A program made the position numbers and the translations under genes. The notes beneath the pieces were generated by a model. The model was not told the DNA's origin and did no database searches. It worked only from the letters and a program-made list of their open reading frames with translations. From Mobula hypostoma (taxonomy: Eukaryota), in the NCBI RefSeq assembly GCF_963921235.1, contig NC_086097.1, forward strand, positions 56,608,001 to 56,672,000: DNA of 64,000 bases. The letters are read 5' to 3'. This document shows positions 37,105 through 49,719 of the stretch, piece by piece; position 1 is the first letter of the stretch; each line of letters begins with the position of its first letter.

Positions 37105-39960
37105 AGAGTCATAAAATCATAGAACACTCCAGCACAGACACAGGCCCTTCACTCTGCTGAACCATTAATCTGCCTACTCCCATCCACTTGCAACCAGACC
37201 ACAGCCCTCCATACCCTGTCCTTCCATGTACTTGTCCAAATTTCTCTTAAATTTTCAAATCCACCACTTGTCCTGGCAGATCATTCCTCACTCTCAGCAC
37301 CCTCTGAGTGAAGAATTTCCCCCTCACGTTCCCCTTAAACATTTCATCTTTCACCCTTAAGTCATGACCTCTACTTCTAGTCCCACCCACCTCAGTGGGA
37401 AAAGTCTACTTGCACTTACCTTATCCATACCCTTCATAATTTTGTATATCTCTATCAAATCTCTCCTCATTCTCCTACATGCTACGGAATGAAGTCCTAA
37501 CCTCTTCAACCTTTCCCTATAAGTCAGATCCTCAAGTCCCGGCAACATCCTTGTAAATTTTCTCTGTACTCTTTCAATCTTCTTTCCATCTTTCCTGTAG
37601 GTAGGTGACCAAAACTAGAAGCAATACACCAAATTAGGCTTCACTGACATCTTATGCAATTTCAATGTAACATCCTAACCCCTGTACTCAATACATTGAT
37701 TTATGAAGGCCAATGTGCTAATAGCTTCCTTTACAACCCTATCTACCCATGATGCCGTTTTCAAGGAATTATGACCCTGTATCCCCTGATCCCTTTCTTC
37801 TACCGGACACCTTTTTTTCCTTAACCAGTGGCTCAATATCTCTTGAAAACCTCCTCCCTAAACCTGTTATCCTTGCCTTTTATTCTGACAGGAACCTTTG
37901 AACTCTATTCTCAAAATGTAATTTTAGAGGCCTCCCAAGTACACCTTTGTCCTGATCCACACTTGCCAGATCCTTTCTGATACCATCAAAATTGGCCTTT
38001 CTCCAATTTAGAATCTCAACCTGAGGTCCAGACCTCTCCTTTTCCATAATTACCTTGAAACTATTGGCACTAGATGTATCAGATATGATCACTAGCTGCA
38101 AAGTTCTCCCCTACAAATGTCTGTCACCTGCCCTGTATCATTTCCTAGTAGGGGATCAAGTATCACACTCTCTCTACTTGGGACTTCTGTGTACTGAGTA
38201 AGGAAACTTTTCTGAACACATTTGACAAACTCTTTGTCATTCAGCCCTTTTACAGTGTGGGAGTCCCAGTCAATATAACCATATAACAATTACAGCACGG
38301 AACCAGGCCATCTCGGCCCTTATAGTCCATGCCAAACTCTTACTCTCACCTAGTCCCACCGACCTGCACTCAGCCCATAACCCTCCATTCCTATCCTGTC
38401 CATATAGCTGTCCAGTTTAACTTTAAATGACAACATCAAACCTGCCTCAACCACTTCTGCTGGAAGCTCGTTCCACACAGCCACCACTCTCTGAGTAAAG
38501 AAGTTCCCCCTCATGTTACCCCTAAACTTTTGCCCTTTAACTCTCAAATCATGTCCTCTTGTTTGAATCTCCCCCACCCTCAATGGAAAAAGCCTATCCA
38601 TGTCAACTCTATCTATCCTTCTCATAATTTTAAATACCTCTATCAAGTCCCCCCTCAACCTTCTACACTCCAAAGAATAAAGACCCAACTTGTTCAACCT
38701 TTCTCTGTAACTTAGGTGATGAAACCCAGGTAACATTCTAGTAAACCTTCTCCGTACTCTCTCTATTTTGTTGAAATCTTTCCTATAATTTGGTGACCAA
38801 AACTGTACACAATACTTCAAGTTTGGCCTCACCAATGCCTTGTACAATTTCAACATTACATCCTAATATTTGGAAAGCTAAAATCACCTACTGTCACAGC
38901 CTTATGTTTCTTGCATCAGTCTGCGATCCCGCTCCAAATTTGCTCCTCTAAATCCTGCAGACTGTTGAGTGGTTATATAACAGAATTATTATATAATCTT
39001 AGTAACATGGTCATACCATTTTTATTCCTCATTTACCCATAAAGCCTCACTAGACAAGTTCTCCTGTCTGTCCTGACTGAACACTACCATGACATTTTCC
39101 CTTACTAGTAATGCCACCCCTCCCCCTTTATTCCCCATCCCTCCCCACCACTTCTCTATTACATCTAAAGTATTGAGCTGCTAGTCCTGCCCCTTCTGCA
39201 ACCAAGCCTCACTAATGGCTACAACGTCACTCCACGTGCTGATCCATGCCCTAAGCAGCTCAGAACATTAGTCCCACCATGCTTAACCTTTTGGTTCTTG
39301 ACTCTGTATATATGCTTAACAACATCTTTCTCCACAATCAGTCCACTATCTGGTCTGGCACTCCAGTGTAAACCCCGTCTCTACCCCCCCCCCCACCCCA
39401 TGTAGCACTAGCAAACTTCCCACTAGGATATTAGACCCCCTCCACCCCTCCAGTTCAGGTGCAAACCATCCCACCTTCCCTGGAAGAGAGCCCAATGATC
39501 CAAAAATCTGAAACCCTCCCTCCTACGCAGACTCCTTAGCCACATGTTAAACTGTATAATCTTCATATTTCTGTCCTCACTAGCATATGGTACAGGTTGT
39601 AATCCTGAGAACACAACCCTGGAGGTTGAGTCCTTTAACTTAGCACCTAACTCCCTGAACACACTTTGCATGACCTCATCACCCATCCTACATATGTCAT
39701 TGGTACCAATGTGGACCATGATCTCTGGCTATTCACCCTCCCACTTAAGAATGCTGTGGACTTGATCTGAGCTGTACTAAACCCTGGCACCCAGGAGGCA
39801 ACAAACCATCCAAGAATCTTGTTTTCATCCACTGAACCGCCTTTCTGTTCCCTGAACCAATCTGTATCACTACAGCTCGGCTCTTCGCCCCCCCCCCCCG
39901 CTTCCCTTCTAAGCCAAGTAGCAGCAATCTGCTTGCCAAAGAGTGAGGTTGCTTTTCCCA
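37105..39960 (-). mobile_element. Older CR1 with ORF1 esterase, endonuclease, large internal deletion (~37810) and 3' end
   Basis: ORF 39423..39719 (VHIGTNDI, VVFSGL, DHW, DGLHLN), endonuclease remnants at 37880-38289 and C-terminus 37357..37548. Confidence 0.9.
38277..38864 (-). mobile_element. Younger CR1 3' fragment nested in the older CR1
   Basis: ORF 38350..38856 is nearly identical to the protein encoded at about 32980-33488. AATAT occurs at 38272-38276 and 38865-38869. Confidence 0.92.
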
Positions 39961-40251
39961 TGAGCCCAGAGCCCTAGTTTAGCAAGGTAGAGCAGAAGGA
40001 AAATACTGTAGTGAGGAAGTGATTGAGAGAGTGAAATAGGGATAAAGTGACCCAGTGGTTGTAAACAGGCAGTAGAAACTATGGGAAGCTGTACAGGGCC
40101 AAAGAATTACTGAGGTGTGGTGAGATTTAAAAATATCACAAGAATTTTAATTCTGCTGGAACTGTAAAGTGAGAAAAGCAGGTTTTAGTGATAAAAGGGG
40201 AAAGGTAACGGAGGAGACTGTCCGTGTTTAACAGCAATGTTCTCTCTAAGG

Positions 40252-40254
<3 letters not shown>

Positions 40255-40297
<43 letters not shown>

Positions 40298-40312
40298 CGC
40301 GCGTGTGCGCAC
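40255..40312. repeat. Compound (GT)n(GC)n microsatellite
   Basis: Uninterrupted alternating purine-pyrimidine run gtgt...gtgcgcgc...gcgtgtgcgcac. Confidence 0.95.
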
Positions 40313-41254
40313 TCATGTGCACACACGTCTTTTGCAACGAGTGTACAAATGAATTTAAACTGCACACAAAAGGTTGTCACCCTCTACCTCATTAGTAATT
40401 TGTAAGTGGGAAGAAGTGGAGTGATATTCGGAAACTTGCCTTTTTAAAGCGTCATTTAGCAAGCAAATCGCTTATGGTGGTATGCAGAAGTACTTAAGTT
40501 CCTATTAACAACATTTTGCCAGCTGTTAAAATGAATACCTCTGTATATAAAATTCAGTGCACACATGTTGTTGTCACTGGGCAAAAAAATTGCACAACAC
40601 AAGATTTTTGCACTCACTGGTCATTACAAATTAGCAGGAGCATTGTCTAACAGGGAGAAGTGTCCACTCTAAGTGATTGGTCAACTGTGTGTGAGAAACC
40701 TAAACTCATGATCGCCACAATCTACACCAGCATCTTTAGGTTTATGTTGAGATGGCGAACTGGAGCTCAATGGAGATAGATGGAGGAGCATCTGAGTGGA
40801 CGTACGTACTTATACAAGTGCAAAATACCTTCTCCAACTTTATACGAGCTGAAAGTAGTTCTTCTAGCATTGTACTAGCTGTAGAGATAAGGGACCTATG
40901 TTGACTCTTCGGGTTCCTTAAATGGAATAAGCAGGCTGAGGAGTGGCAAAAGATGTTGATTGATGGAAGAGGCAGAGTAAGATGTACCTGTTAAAATTGT
41001 TTCTGTTTCCCAGAAGATGTTGATATTGAAATGAGCTGCTTTGTGCCAATAGCACCTTGACTTGGAAATACATCATTGGTTAAAATCATGGTTACTCCTT
41101 CCCATCAGTTTTCAGTAACTTTACACGAAGAACTCCAGCAGTTCAAAAAGACAGCTATCCACAGCTAGTGATGCACATAAAGTGTCAGCCTTGCCAATGA
41201 TGCTCAAATCCTAAAAAGGAACCTTTAAAAATGTAAAGATGTTTAAATTTTTGA

Positions 41255-41775
41255 AATATATTCAGATACAGAGCGTTCATGATCCTCTTAGAAAGAGAAT
41301 TGCAACAATTCACTTCTCTCTGGATGAAGAAATTCCTTTTTGTCTCTGTCTTGAATGTTTAACCCTTTATATTGAAAATATTTTCCTTGGTTCTGCACAC
41401 TCTAGTTAGCAGAAAGAACAATTCCTCATCTGCTACTGCCAAATACCCCTTAACCCTGTAATAATTTTGTGCATTTACTGACATCATCTCAAATTCGTCT
41501 GTCCAAGAAAGTATAGACACAGTCTTCTCCTGTAACAAAAAAACCTTCCAGAAACCAATCAGTTGAGCCTTCACTGCGTCCCCTTGATGACAAGAATATT
41601 CATTAGTGGGGGAGAGTAAGCAAGTACACAATGTTCTGCATGCACTCTTGTCTGAGCTATATATAATTGGAACAAGATGTCTCTTTTATTCAAATAATCT
41701 TGTTATGAAAGCCAATGTATCATTTGCTTTCTTAATTGCTTGCATGTTAAATTGAGGGATTTGTGTAGAACTTCC
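41255..41775 (-). mobile_element. Highly degenerate CR1 3' portion
   Basis: Minus-strand remnants of 'aagaaagcaaatgatacattggctttcataacaag' (KKAN..LAFITR) and FNIKG...RNFF. Confidence 0.65.
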
Positions 41776-43130
41776 AGGAAATGATAATGATTTATTCTGG
41801 AGTAACAATCATTTTGTTCTCTTTTACGCTCATGTACTTGTGGAACCGCAGTAAACAATCTTGAATTTTAAACGTTTCTTCTATCTACCTTTCTTGATAG
41901 TACAATGATCCTTTCTCAAGGTTTCGCAATTTATTAAGTGGGACAGATGACCTACCTATTGAAATTTGATGGATTTGATCACTGCCCTGGCAGCAAAGCT
42001 GACAGCTACTCACTGCATTTGCCCAAATAATGATAACAATGCCTTTTCATTCTTTCAATCCACATTATTTTTTCTGAAGAATCTCTCTCAGTTTTCATTT
42101 TGCAATCCACCAGTTCAGGGCTCGCATTCATATTTCCGTAATAATCAATATTGAAAAGTAAATCTTGAAAACAGAACATAACCACGTTTTTAAAATATAT
42201 AACTGACATGAATATTAGTTTATCATAAGACAGGGAAAAAAATCAGATCATTGCTTATTTGATCTTTGCCATTTCATTTAAAGCTGATTGAATCTTATAC
42301 AATGCAATCATGCTTGCTATCCACAGCAATTCTCCGAATGATGTGAAGAAGATGCTTTTTCCTTTAGTGCCAGTGGGTTTCGGGCTTCAGGCAATTCAGC
42401 AGGCAGAATTGACATTAGATACTATGAGATAAATGGGGCTACACAATGCAATGAAAGGTGCAGGGGAGACTACAACAGATAATGTTGTTTCATTTAATTT
42501 TGCCAGTCTATTGCTGTCTTCATTCCTGCAGAAAAGCAAAGCTGCAGGCATTTCTTGCAAAGGGGTTCTATAAAAACACTGAGGTTTAGTTTTATGCTAC
42601 ATTACCCAAAGAATTGATTGAATAAATTTGTAGTCTTAATAGAGAGTTAGGCTTTTGGCATTTTTTTAATGGAAGTACTAAATATAATTCTGTAGCTGGC
42701 AATAAATGTGTCTGCTTGGCTCACCTCATTGCATTTTCTCTTACTTCCTTGATTATGTAGTCTAGGAGCAACACCGAGAGAGAGAGGTTAGAGATGAATA
42801 TCCAGAAATGTGCATTATTTCCTGGCACAGAATCCTACAAAGCCATTTAGACATAGTGTCCATACAAGGCCTGCGATAGTGATGGTTCAGGAATTAATTA
42901 GCTAGATGAGTGATTGTCATAGACAATCCAGAGACCTGAGTTCAAATTCCTCATCAGTAGCTGTGGAATTATAACATTGAAAATTCCAAATAGTTTCCCT
43001 AATAGTTTTGAACATAGCTCCCCTTATTGTCTATTTTTCCTGAGCAATTGTACAAGTCTGCAAACCCTCTGTTGAAATAAATTGTTTAATCTCAACAAGA
43101 GAGAATTACTCTGTATTTACATATAACTCG

Positions 43131-46100
43131 TGTTATACTTGTCCTCAATATATATAAATTTGGCAGTGGGTTTACATTAGAACATTTTATTACCGACCTG
43201 CTCTTCAATCTTGTGTACGTGCAACCAAATCACCATTGTAACTTCTCGGTCCAGGTGAACATCTCGCATTGCCCGCTGAGAACTGAAGTTCTTTATTATG
43301 CACACATGATAATCTCTGGGTATTAGAAAAGAGGTCTGTTACCACAGACCATTACAATTAAACAAATCCACTCCAACTTTGAAGTATGGCCTGCCTTTTA
43401 TAGGGTGTTGTCATGGTCCAGTCCGTGAAATCTGCATTCCAGTTCACGGTCCGGTGCATGTTCCTTATTCCAGGTTTTCTGGTTTTCCCCAGTTTCTGTT
43501 GAGGCAGCTGATTCTTGTTTGGGCTGGCTTCATAAATACCTTCAGGATTCAGCCTTTGGCTGCTGGATTGTACCCCCCGTCCCTCCCGTCGTCCCGTCAT
43601 CCCGTCGTCCCGTCGTCCCGTCGTCCCCCCCGTCCCGTCCTCCCATCCTCCCGTCCTCCCGTCGTCCCCCCACCGCTGTCAAGTTCCATTGCCAGAGCAA
43701 GATAAGGAACTGTCTATTGTTGTTTTGAACTGTGTTTGCTGCTACCTAGTGTTGGGATCTGTCTTTGCGTCCACACCTTTTCTAGGTAGGTCTGGCTGTT
43801 TGCTACTACCTAGTGTTGGGAACTGTCTGTGTTCACACCTTCGCTAGGTAGGTCCGGCTGTCTGCCGCTGGCTTGTGTTGGGAACTGTCTCATCATATTC
43901 TGCATTCTGTGTATGAGTCCTGGCCTTACGTCCTGTTTCCAAGGAGGAGTTCTGGCTCTGTGTTCCATGTTCCTGTCTCTCCCTTGACCAAGGCTCTGTG
44001 TTCCTGTCTCTCCCTTGACCAAGGCAAGGCTTCGGGGTCTTGTCCAGTCCTAGCCACAATCCAAGAACCTTGTCCTGTCCAAGCCATGGCTTTGTGCTCT
44101 TGTCTTGTCCATGTGTCTTGCCCAGCCCAGGAGTACCTTGCCCAGGCCGGTGCTGGGGTTCCCTTGTCCTGTCCAGGAGTCTCACGTTCAGTCCTGTTAC
44201 CTCTCCTCGTCCTGTAGCCACGTCTTGTTCTTGCCTAGTTCTGGAGTCTGAGCCTGAGTCAAGTCCCAAGTTCTGGGTCCTTGCCCAGTCTCTGGCTCGG
44301 AGTCCGTACCCAAGCTTTGAAGAACCCAAGCCTCGTCATGTCTTCGCCTAGATCCGGGGTCCGAGCCCGAGTCAAGACCCAGGTTTCGGGTCCTTGTCCA
44401 GTCTCTGGCTCAGAGTCCAAGCCCAGGCTCCTAGTTCCCAGTTCCATGGCCTGGTTCCACTATCCTAGTCAAGTCCTAGCCCAGGCCCTGTATCCTTGTC
44501 TCATCCAGGCCCTGTGTCATATCCAGCGTCCTTTCTTCCCCATTTCCCTTTCTTCCTTGTCACGCCTAGTCCTGTTCCTAGTGTTTTAGTGTCTGTGTCT
44601 TGCATTTGGTTCGGCCTCTCAGCGCACCCCCCCCCCCCTTATGACAGGTGTGGTGTAAGCAGTTCTCTTGCTGCTTTGGTCTGTAGATGAGATATATTTC
44701 ATATGAAGCAATGGTCTGGCTGATGTCTTGGTCAGTACATCACTTCATGAATTCCACATCTACATTTTCCTCACCATCATGCTCTTTGTGTATCTTCTGG
44801 AGCATTTTCTTGCGTAGCCACACTGGAATCACAAAACTGTTCCCTTTGAAGACCATATCTTCCACTACTGACAGTTCAGCTCTGCATGCCCAATAATCCC
44901 AAACACACATTTGACAGTCATTCTTAGTTGCTGACCATCCTTTCTGTATTTCTCTATGAGTACTTTCATTGTTTCATTTGTCCATGCTGCTCTCCTGATC
45001 TTCTCTGTTCTATCAGGAGATACTGGAAAGGAGGTGACAATCCTGTCGGCTTAGGCCTGTATATCTATATTAATCTCATGGTCACTCTTTTCTTTCTTGT
45101 CGATGCTCAAGACAACACATCAGCAGCAAACCTATTTTCCTGGAGTGCAGATCATCTTCACATCCTATTTCTACAACCTTATCAAGGTGCACTGTATCCT
45201 CATGGGACAGTCATTCAGTGGTTTGGACAGAATTGAGACCAGTGGTTTATGGTCTGTCTCCACTTCAAACGCTTGTCCACAGAGGTACTGATGGAACTTT
45301 CACATGCATATGTACTGGCAAGAAGCTTTTTCTCTATCTGTGCATAGTTGGCTTCCACACATGTTAATGCCCTTGATGCATAGGCCACAGGTTGCCATGT
45401 GTCATCATGCTGCTGCAGTAGTACTGCTCCAAGACCGTGCCGGGGCATATCAGCCGAGATCCTCGTACATCTTTCTGGATCATAAGACCTCAGCAGGGGC
45501 TCTTCAGTTATGACTCTCCTCAGCATCTGGAAATACTCTTCTTGCTCGTGAGACCAAATCCACTCATTTCACTGCTCAAGGAGTGACCAAATTGGTGCTG
45601 ACACAGTTGACAGTCAAGGGATGAACTAAACCAGGAAAGTCACTTTCCTCACCTCCTCTGTGTTTTGGGGCCTCTCCATGTTTTCAATGGCTGATATCTT
45701 TCTTGGGTCAGGCTGCACTCCTTCTTCAGGAATGACATCTCCTATGAAGATCAGTGTCTTAACACCAAACTCACGGTTCTCTTTATTTAATTTCAAAACT
45801 GACATTCCATGCCACGTCAAGCACTTGTCTCAGTCGTGTATCATGTTCATCCTTGGTAGACCCCAGATGATCCATCGTGGTTTCGACACCAGGTATGCCC
45901 TCAAAGATCATGTGGATGATTTTATGGTCAACCTGGTGCGGAGAGGGTCCCATATGGTAGCCGAAGAAAGTGCTATCTTCCTTGTGGTGTATTAAAAGTA
46001 CACAGTATCAAGCAACTGGTGAGCTAACCCAATCTATTGGTTCTTCAGTTTTCTGTATGACATTCATCAGTTCCATGTGTGCTAGTTCTTGTTTAAGTTT

Positions 46101-47645
46101 GTCTCTAAATGGAAATAGAACTTTCCTGCGTGCATAGACAACAGGAGTCACTGTCTCATCTACATGAATTTTGTGTACACCAGGTAAGCATCAGAGCCCC
46201 TAAAGACATCTGTGTATTCTGCCATGAGTGCTGTGTGGTTACCTTTGGTCTGTGAAGCACTGTGAGAACTCTATTCACCAGGTTGAGCTTTTCATATGTA
46301 CTCAGATCTAATCATGGTTGTACTCTTTATTTTTACAATCAGTACCTGTGTCTTTAAATGCTGTCCCTTATGGTTGAAGGTCACTATACAGCCCGCTTTT
46401 ACTGGAACATTCTCTGCAGTGTAGCCTGTCACTTTAACTTCACTGGGTAAATCTTGCTCTTTACCGTGAGATTCTTGTAATCATTCATGGACAGCAGATA
46501 CACCGGTGTCAAGCTTAAATGGAATTACTGTCTCATTTACGGTCACTGGAACAAAACATTCTGTTTTAACAGCACCAGCAGTCTGTAGAGAATCCACAAA
46601 AAAAACCCTTCTCATTTCCTCAGCAACCATGTGCACCTTTCTCTTGGTAGCCTCAGCTTTGCAGGATTTTGCAAAATAATTCTTCTTTCCACAATTATTG
46701 CAGGATTTTCCATAAGCGGGACATATCATTGGGATATGCCGATCTCCACATTTGCTACATTTGCTGTTTGAGCCTTCCTCTTTGCTGTTGCTTTGGGAAA
46801 TGCCTTGTGCACTGCTCCTCTGTTTTCACAGCAGCACCATTGTGTTGCCCAATGGGGTTCCTTAGCTTGTACACATGTGGTCTCTGCTGCCCTCCACATA
46901 TCCACAGCCTTTTCCAGCATCAAATCTTTTTCATGCAGTGGTCTTTCTCTGAGTCCATTACCTGGAATTCTGCAAATTATTCTCTTTTCTAACTAGTGAG
47001 TCTCTCAAATCTCCAGACTCTCAGGACTTACTCAGTGTGTGAAGCTCAGGTAAGTATTGTCAAATCTAACACCTTGTTTCTGCTCACAGGAAAAAAAACT
47101 ACATCTATCAAACATGATGCTTTTACCTGGGACAAAATACTCCCCAAATTTGTCATCAGAGTGTTACCGTAAAAGTTGTCTCACCAAAAGTTGTCTCGTT
47201 AGAGTTGTTATGGATCTCCAAAGCAACTTTGCCAGTTGCATGCGGGAGAATACTGCTGAAGTTCGGGAACTCCGTGCTCTCTCACCTCGCTGGCCAGCTC
47301 CTACCCATCATAACTAATGTCCAACCTCATTTGCTGCTCGCACCTTTCATACTTGCCTGGCCTCTTTCTCAGATGTACAGGTTTCATTCACTCTCCACGT
47401 TTAGGCCCCATGCTGTCTTCTGGCACCATGTTATGTTTGTTCTTAATAAAGGCAAGCTTGCTGTGGGTTTATGTTAAAATATTTTATTACTGGACTGATA
47501 GTCAACCCTCTCCACATGCAACCAGGTCACCATCGTAGCTTCTGGTTCCAACTGAACCCCTCGCTTTGCTCATTAGGAACTGAAGTTCTTTATTATGCAA
47601 ATATCATACCACAACCTGAACCTTTAATCCTGGTCTCTGATTACA
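43131..47645 (-). mobile_element. Gypsy LTR retrotransposon relic (gag, protease, RT, RNase H; integrase largely deleted)
   Basis: Diverged LTRs at about 43131-43346 and 47429-47645 share 'gaactgaagttctttattatgca'. PBS TGGTGCCAGAAG (minus, 47417-47428). Motifs CPAYGKSCNNCGKKNYFAKSC, FKLDTG and RNase H GLGAVLLQ...PVAYASRALT..E.NYAQIEK. Confidence 0.9.
43409..44646 (+). mobile_element. Solo LTR-like element rich in internal tandem repeats, 5-bp TSD
   Basis: TGTCAT...ATGACA termini. GGTGT at 43404-43408 and 44647-44651. (CCCGTCGT)n at about 43575-43670, plus repeated units such as 'gctacctagtgttggga' and 'ccagtctctggctc'. Confidence 0.85.
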
Positions 47646-47704
47646 CCTACTCAATAATGACCCCACAGAAGAACTCACCTACTTACATTCTGTCCTTCAG
47701 CCAG

Positions 47705-48460
47705 TCCTCATGAGGGAATCAGAGGTGGAGAGGGTCAGTAACTTTAAATTCCTTGGCATTATCGTAACAGAGGATCTGCCCTGGGATCTGCATGTATAGT
47801 GAGTGACATTACAAAGAAGGCACAGCAGTCCCTCTACTTAGAAGATTGTTTAGATTCAGCATGTCATCTAAAACTTTGGCAAAATGGAGCGTATCCTAGC
47901 TGGTTACGTCGTGCCCTGGCATGGAAACACCAATGCCCAGGATAGAAAAGTCTACAGAAAGTGATGGATGCAGTCCAGTCCACCACAGGCAAGGCCCTCC
48001 CACCACTGAGCATTTTCAAAGCACTGCCAGAAGAAAGCAGTATCCATCAACAAGGACCCCCACCATCCAGGCCATGCACTTCTCTTGCTACAACCACTGG
48101 CAGTGTGGGACCTAAGGTACAAGAACCTTGGGCTGCACACCACCAGGTTTAGAAACAAATGTTAACCAGCAATCTGCAGGCCCCTGACCCCTGAACCAGT
48201 GTTTAATTTCACTCGCCTCAACTCTGAACTAATTCAGAGACTCACTTTCAAGGACTCTACAACTCAGGTTTACCGTATTTTATTTTAATTTGCAGTTTGT
48301 CTTTTGTACCTTGGTTGTTTGTCAGTCTTTGTTTATGTGTATTTTTTTCCAAAAATTATATTGTATTTCTTTATTTTCCTGTTGGGTGCCTGCAAGAAAA
48401 TGAATCTCAGGGTGGCATATAGTGACATGTACGTACTTTGACAATACATTTATTTATTTT
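47705..48460 (+). mobile_element. Rex1/Babar-like LINE 3' portion
   Basis: SEVERVSNFKFLGI...DLPW, then a 3' UTR with 'caagaaaatgaatctcagggt'. Confidence 0.85.
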
Positions 48461-48534
48461 CATCCTATGTACATAGCTAACATTCCCTTGGCTGTAGCAC
48501 CAACAATTAGTGCTGAAAGTGTCAAAGTAAGGTT

Positions 48535-48790
48535 AGGCTATTTAGTATTGACATTGGGAAAACTTCTCTCATAAGGTGATGAATCCATGGAATTCCCTAT
48601 TCCTGAGTGCTGTGGTGTCTCACTCACTGATTACATTCAAAATTGAGAGTAATCGATCTCTGAATATTAAAGGAATCAAGATTATGGGGAAAGGGCAGGA
48701 AAATAATATTGAGGTCAAAAATCAGCCATGATTTTATTGAATGGTGAGTAGATCTTATGGGCTGAATTGTCTCCTATTTTTACTTTTTCT
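48535..48790 (+). mobile_element. Degenerate CR1 3' end
   Basis: NFS..VMNPWNSL..., GIKDYGERAG and a CR1 3' UTR. Confidence 0.7.
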
Positions 48791-48867
48791 TTTTTTCTAT
48801 GTATTTTCTATGTACAACAACCATCACCAAATGGAAAAGATGCCCTGTATTCTTGTATTATTTCATT

Positions 48868-49719
48868 TGTTACGTACCCCGTAACTGGGTCGCCAAACCA
48901 GTAGAAATGGATCACTCAGTTGGAGTCTGGATTACTAGAACTAAGAAAGTTTTATTAAAGAAACAGACAACACAGTACTCTAATCAAAAGGATAATGAAT
49001 GCAACAGTTCAGCAATGATAAACATACATGTACACAGCATTAAGATAATAGGATCAATCAAGCTCTATCGTTGTCTAGGGGTAAATGACCAGTTTCAAAG
49101 TGACGCAAAGTTCAGTTCAATTTAGTTCAGTTCAGTTCGCAGACAGTGGGGGGAAGGAGAGAGAGAGCAAAACGAATGAATATTCAAAACGGCTTCCACA
49201 CACAGACCTTCGCAGTCAGCTTTCGGGCGAGCCCTTTGTGATGTCATCTGAGGTCACCGACCGTGACCCCTCCGTTTCCAGATACGATCGTTACTCTGCG
49301 GTGAACCTGGCACCCAGGCAAGGGTGGACACACACCAGGTTCCCGCTGATCGTGCCTTTCCACCCTCAGCGTCTATGGCTTGATCCCGCGATCAGCCGTC
49401 CAAAAACTTCCCACCGACTTGTGAGAGACGCACGCTTCCAGGGTCTCGTTACCTCGGGGTGTCGTATGTGTCTTGCCTTAGCGAACCTGTCCCTTTTTAT
49501 CCCCCTGCTGGGGTATCGCCTGTCCATCACTTCAAGCAGTTCAGGGTTCAAAGGGGGAGCCGATCTTGACAGCTCTCCTTCCTTCATTAACATCTCCAAA
49601 TGCTGCTCCATTGTTTTCCTTATCTCTCTCTCCCGAAGACAGGTGGCAGACCAACTGCTGATCCCACTGGTGCCAGCCCAGGCCAGCTAACATCTTAATT
49701 TATGTGTATTCTCGTCACA
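48868..49719 (-). mobile_element. Solo LTR (852 bp), CpG-rich, 4-bp TSD
   Basis: TGTTACG...CGTCACA termini. CATT at 48864-48867 and 49720-49723. On the minus strand a TATA-like ATAAAAAGG (~49500) lies upstream of AATAAA (~48955). Confidence 0.9.

Noticed and set aside
43740..44520. CRISPR-like repeated units
   Set aside because: Units are degenerate and irregularly spaced, lack unique constant-length spacers, and lie within a TG...CA element with a TSD.
43358..44690. Cluster of overlapping Pro/Ser/Gly/Arg-rich ORFs
   Set aside because: They arise from stop-poor tandem repeats inside the solo LTR-like element.
49085..49690. 201-aa ORF
   Set aside because: It lies wholly within a GC-rich solo LTR, antisense to its inferred orientation, and shows no recognisable domain.
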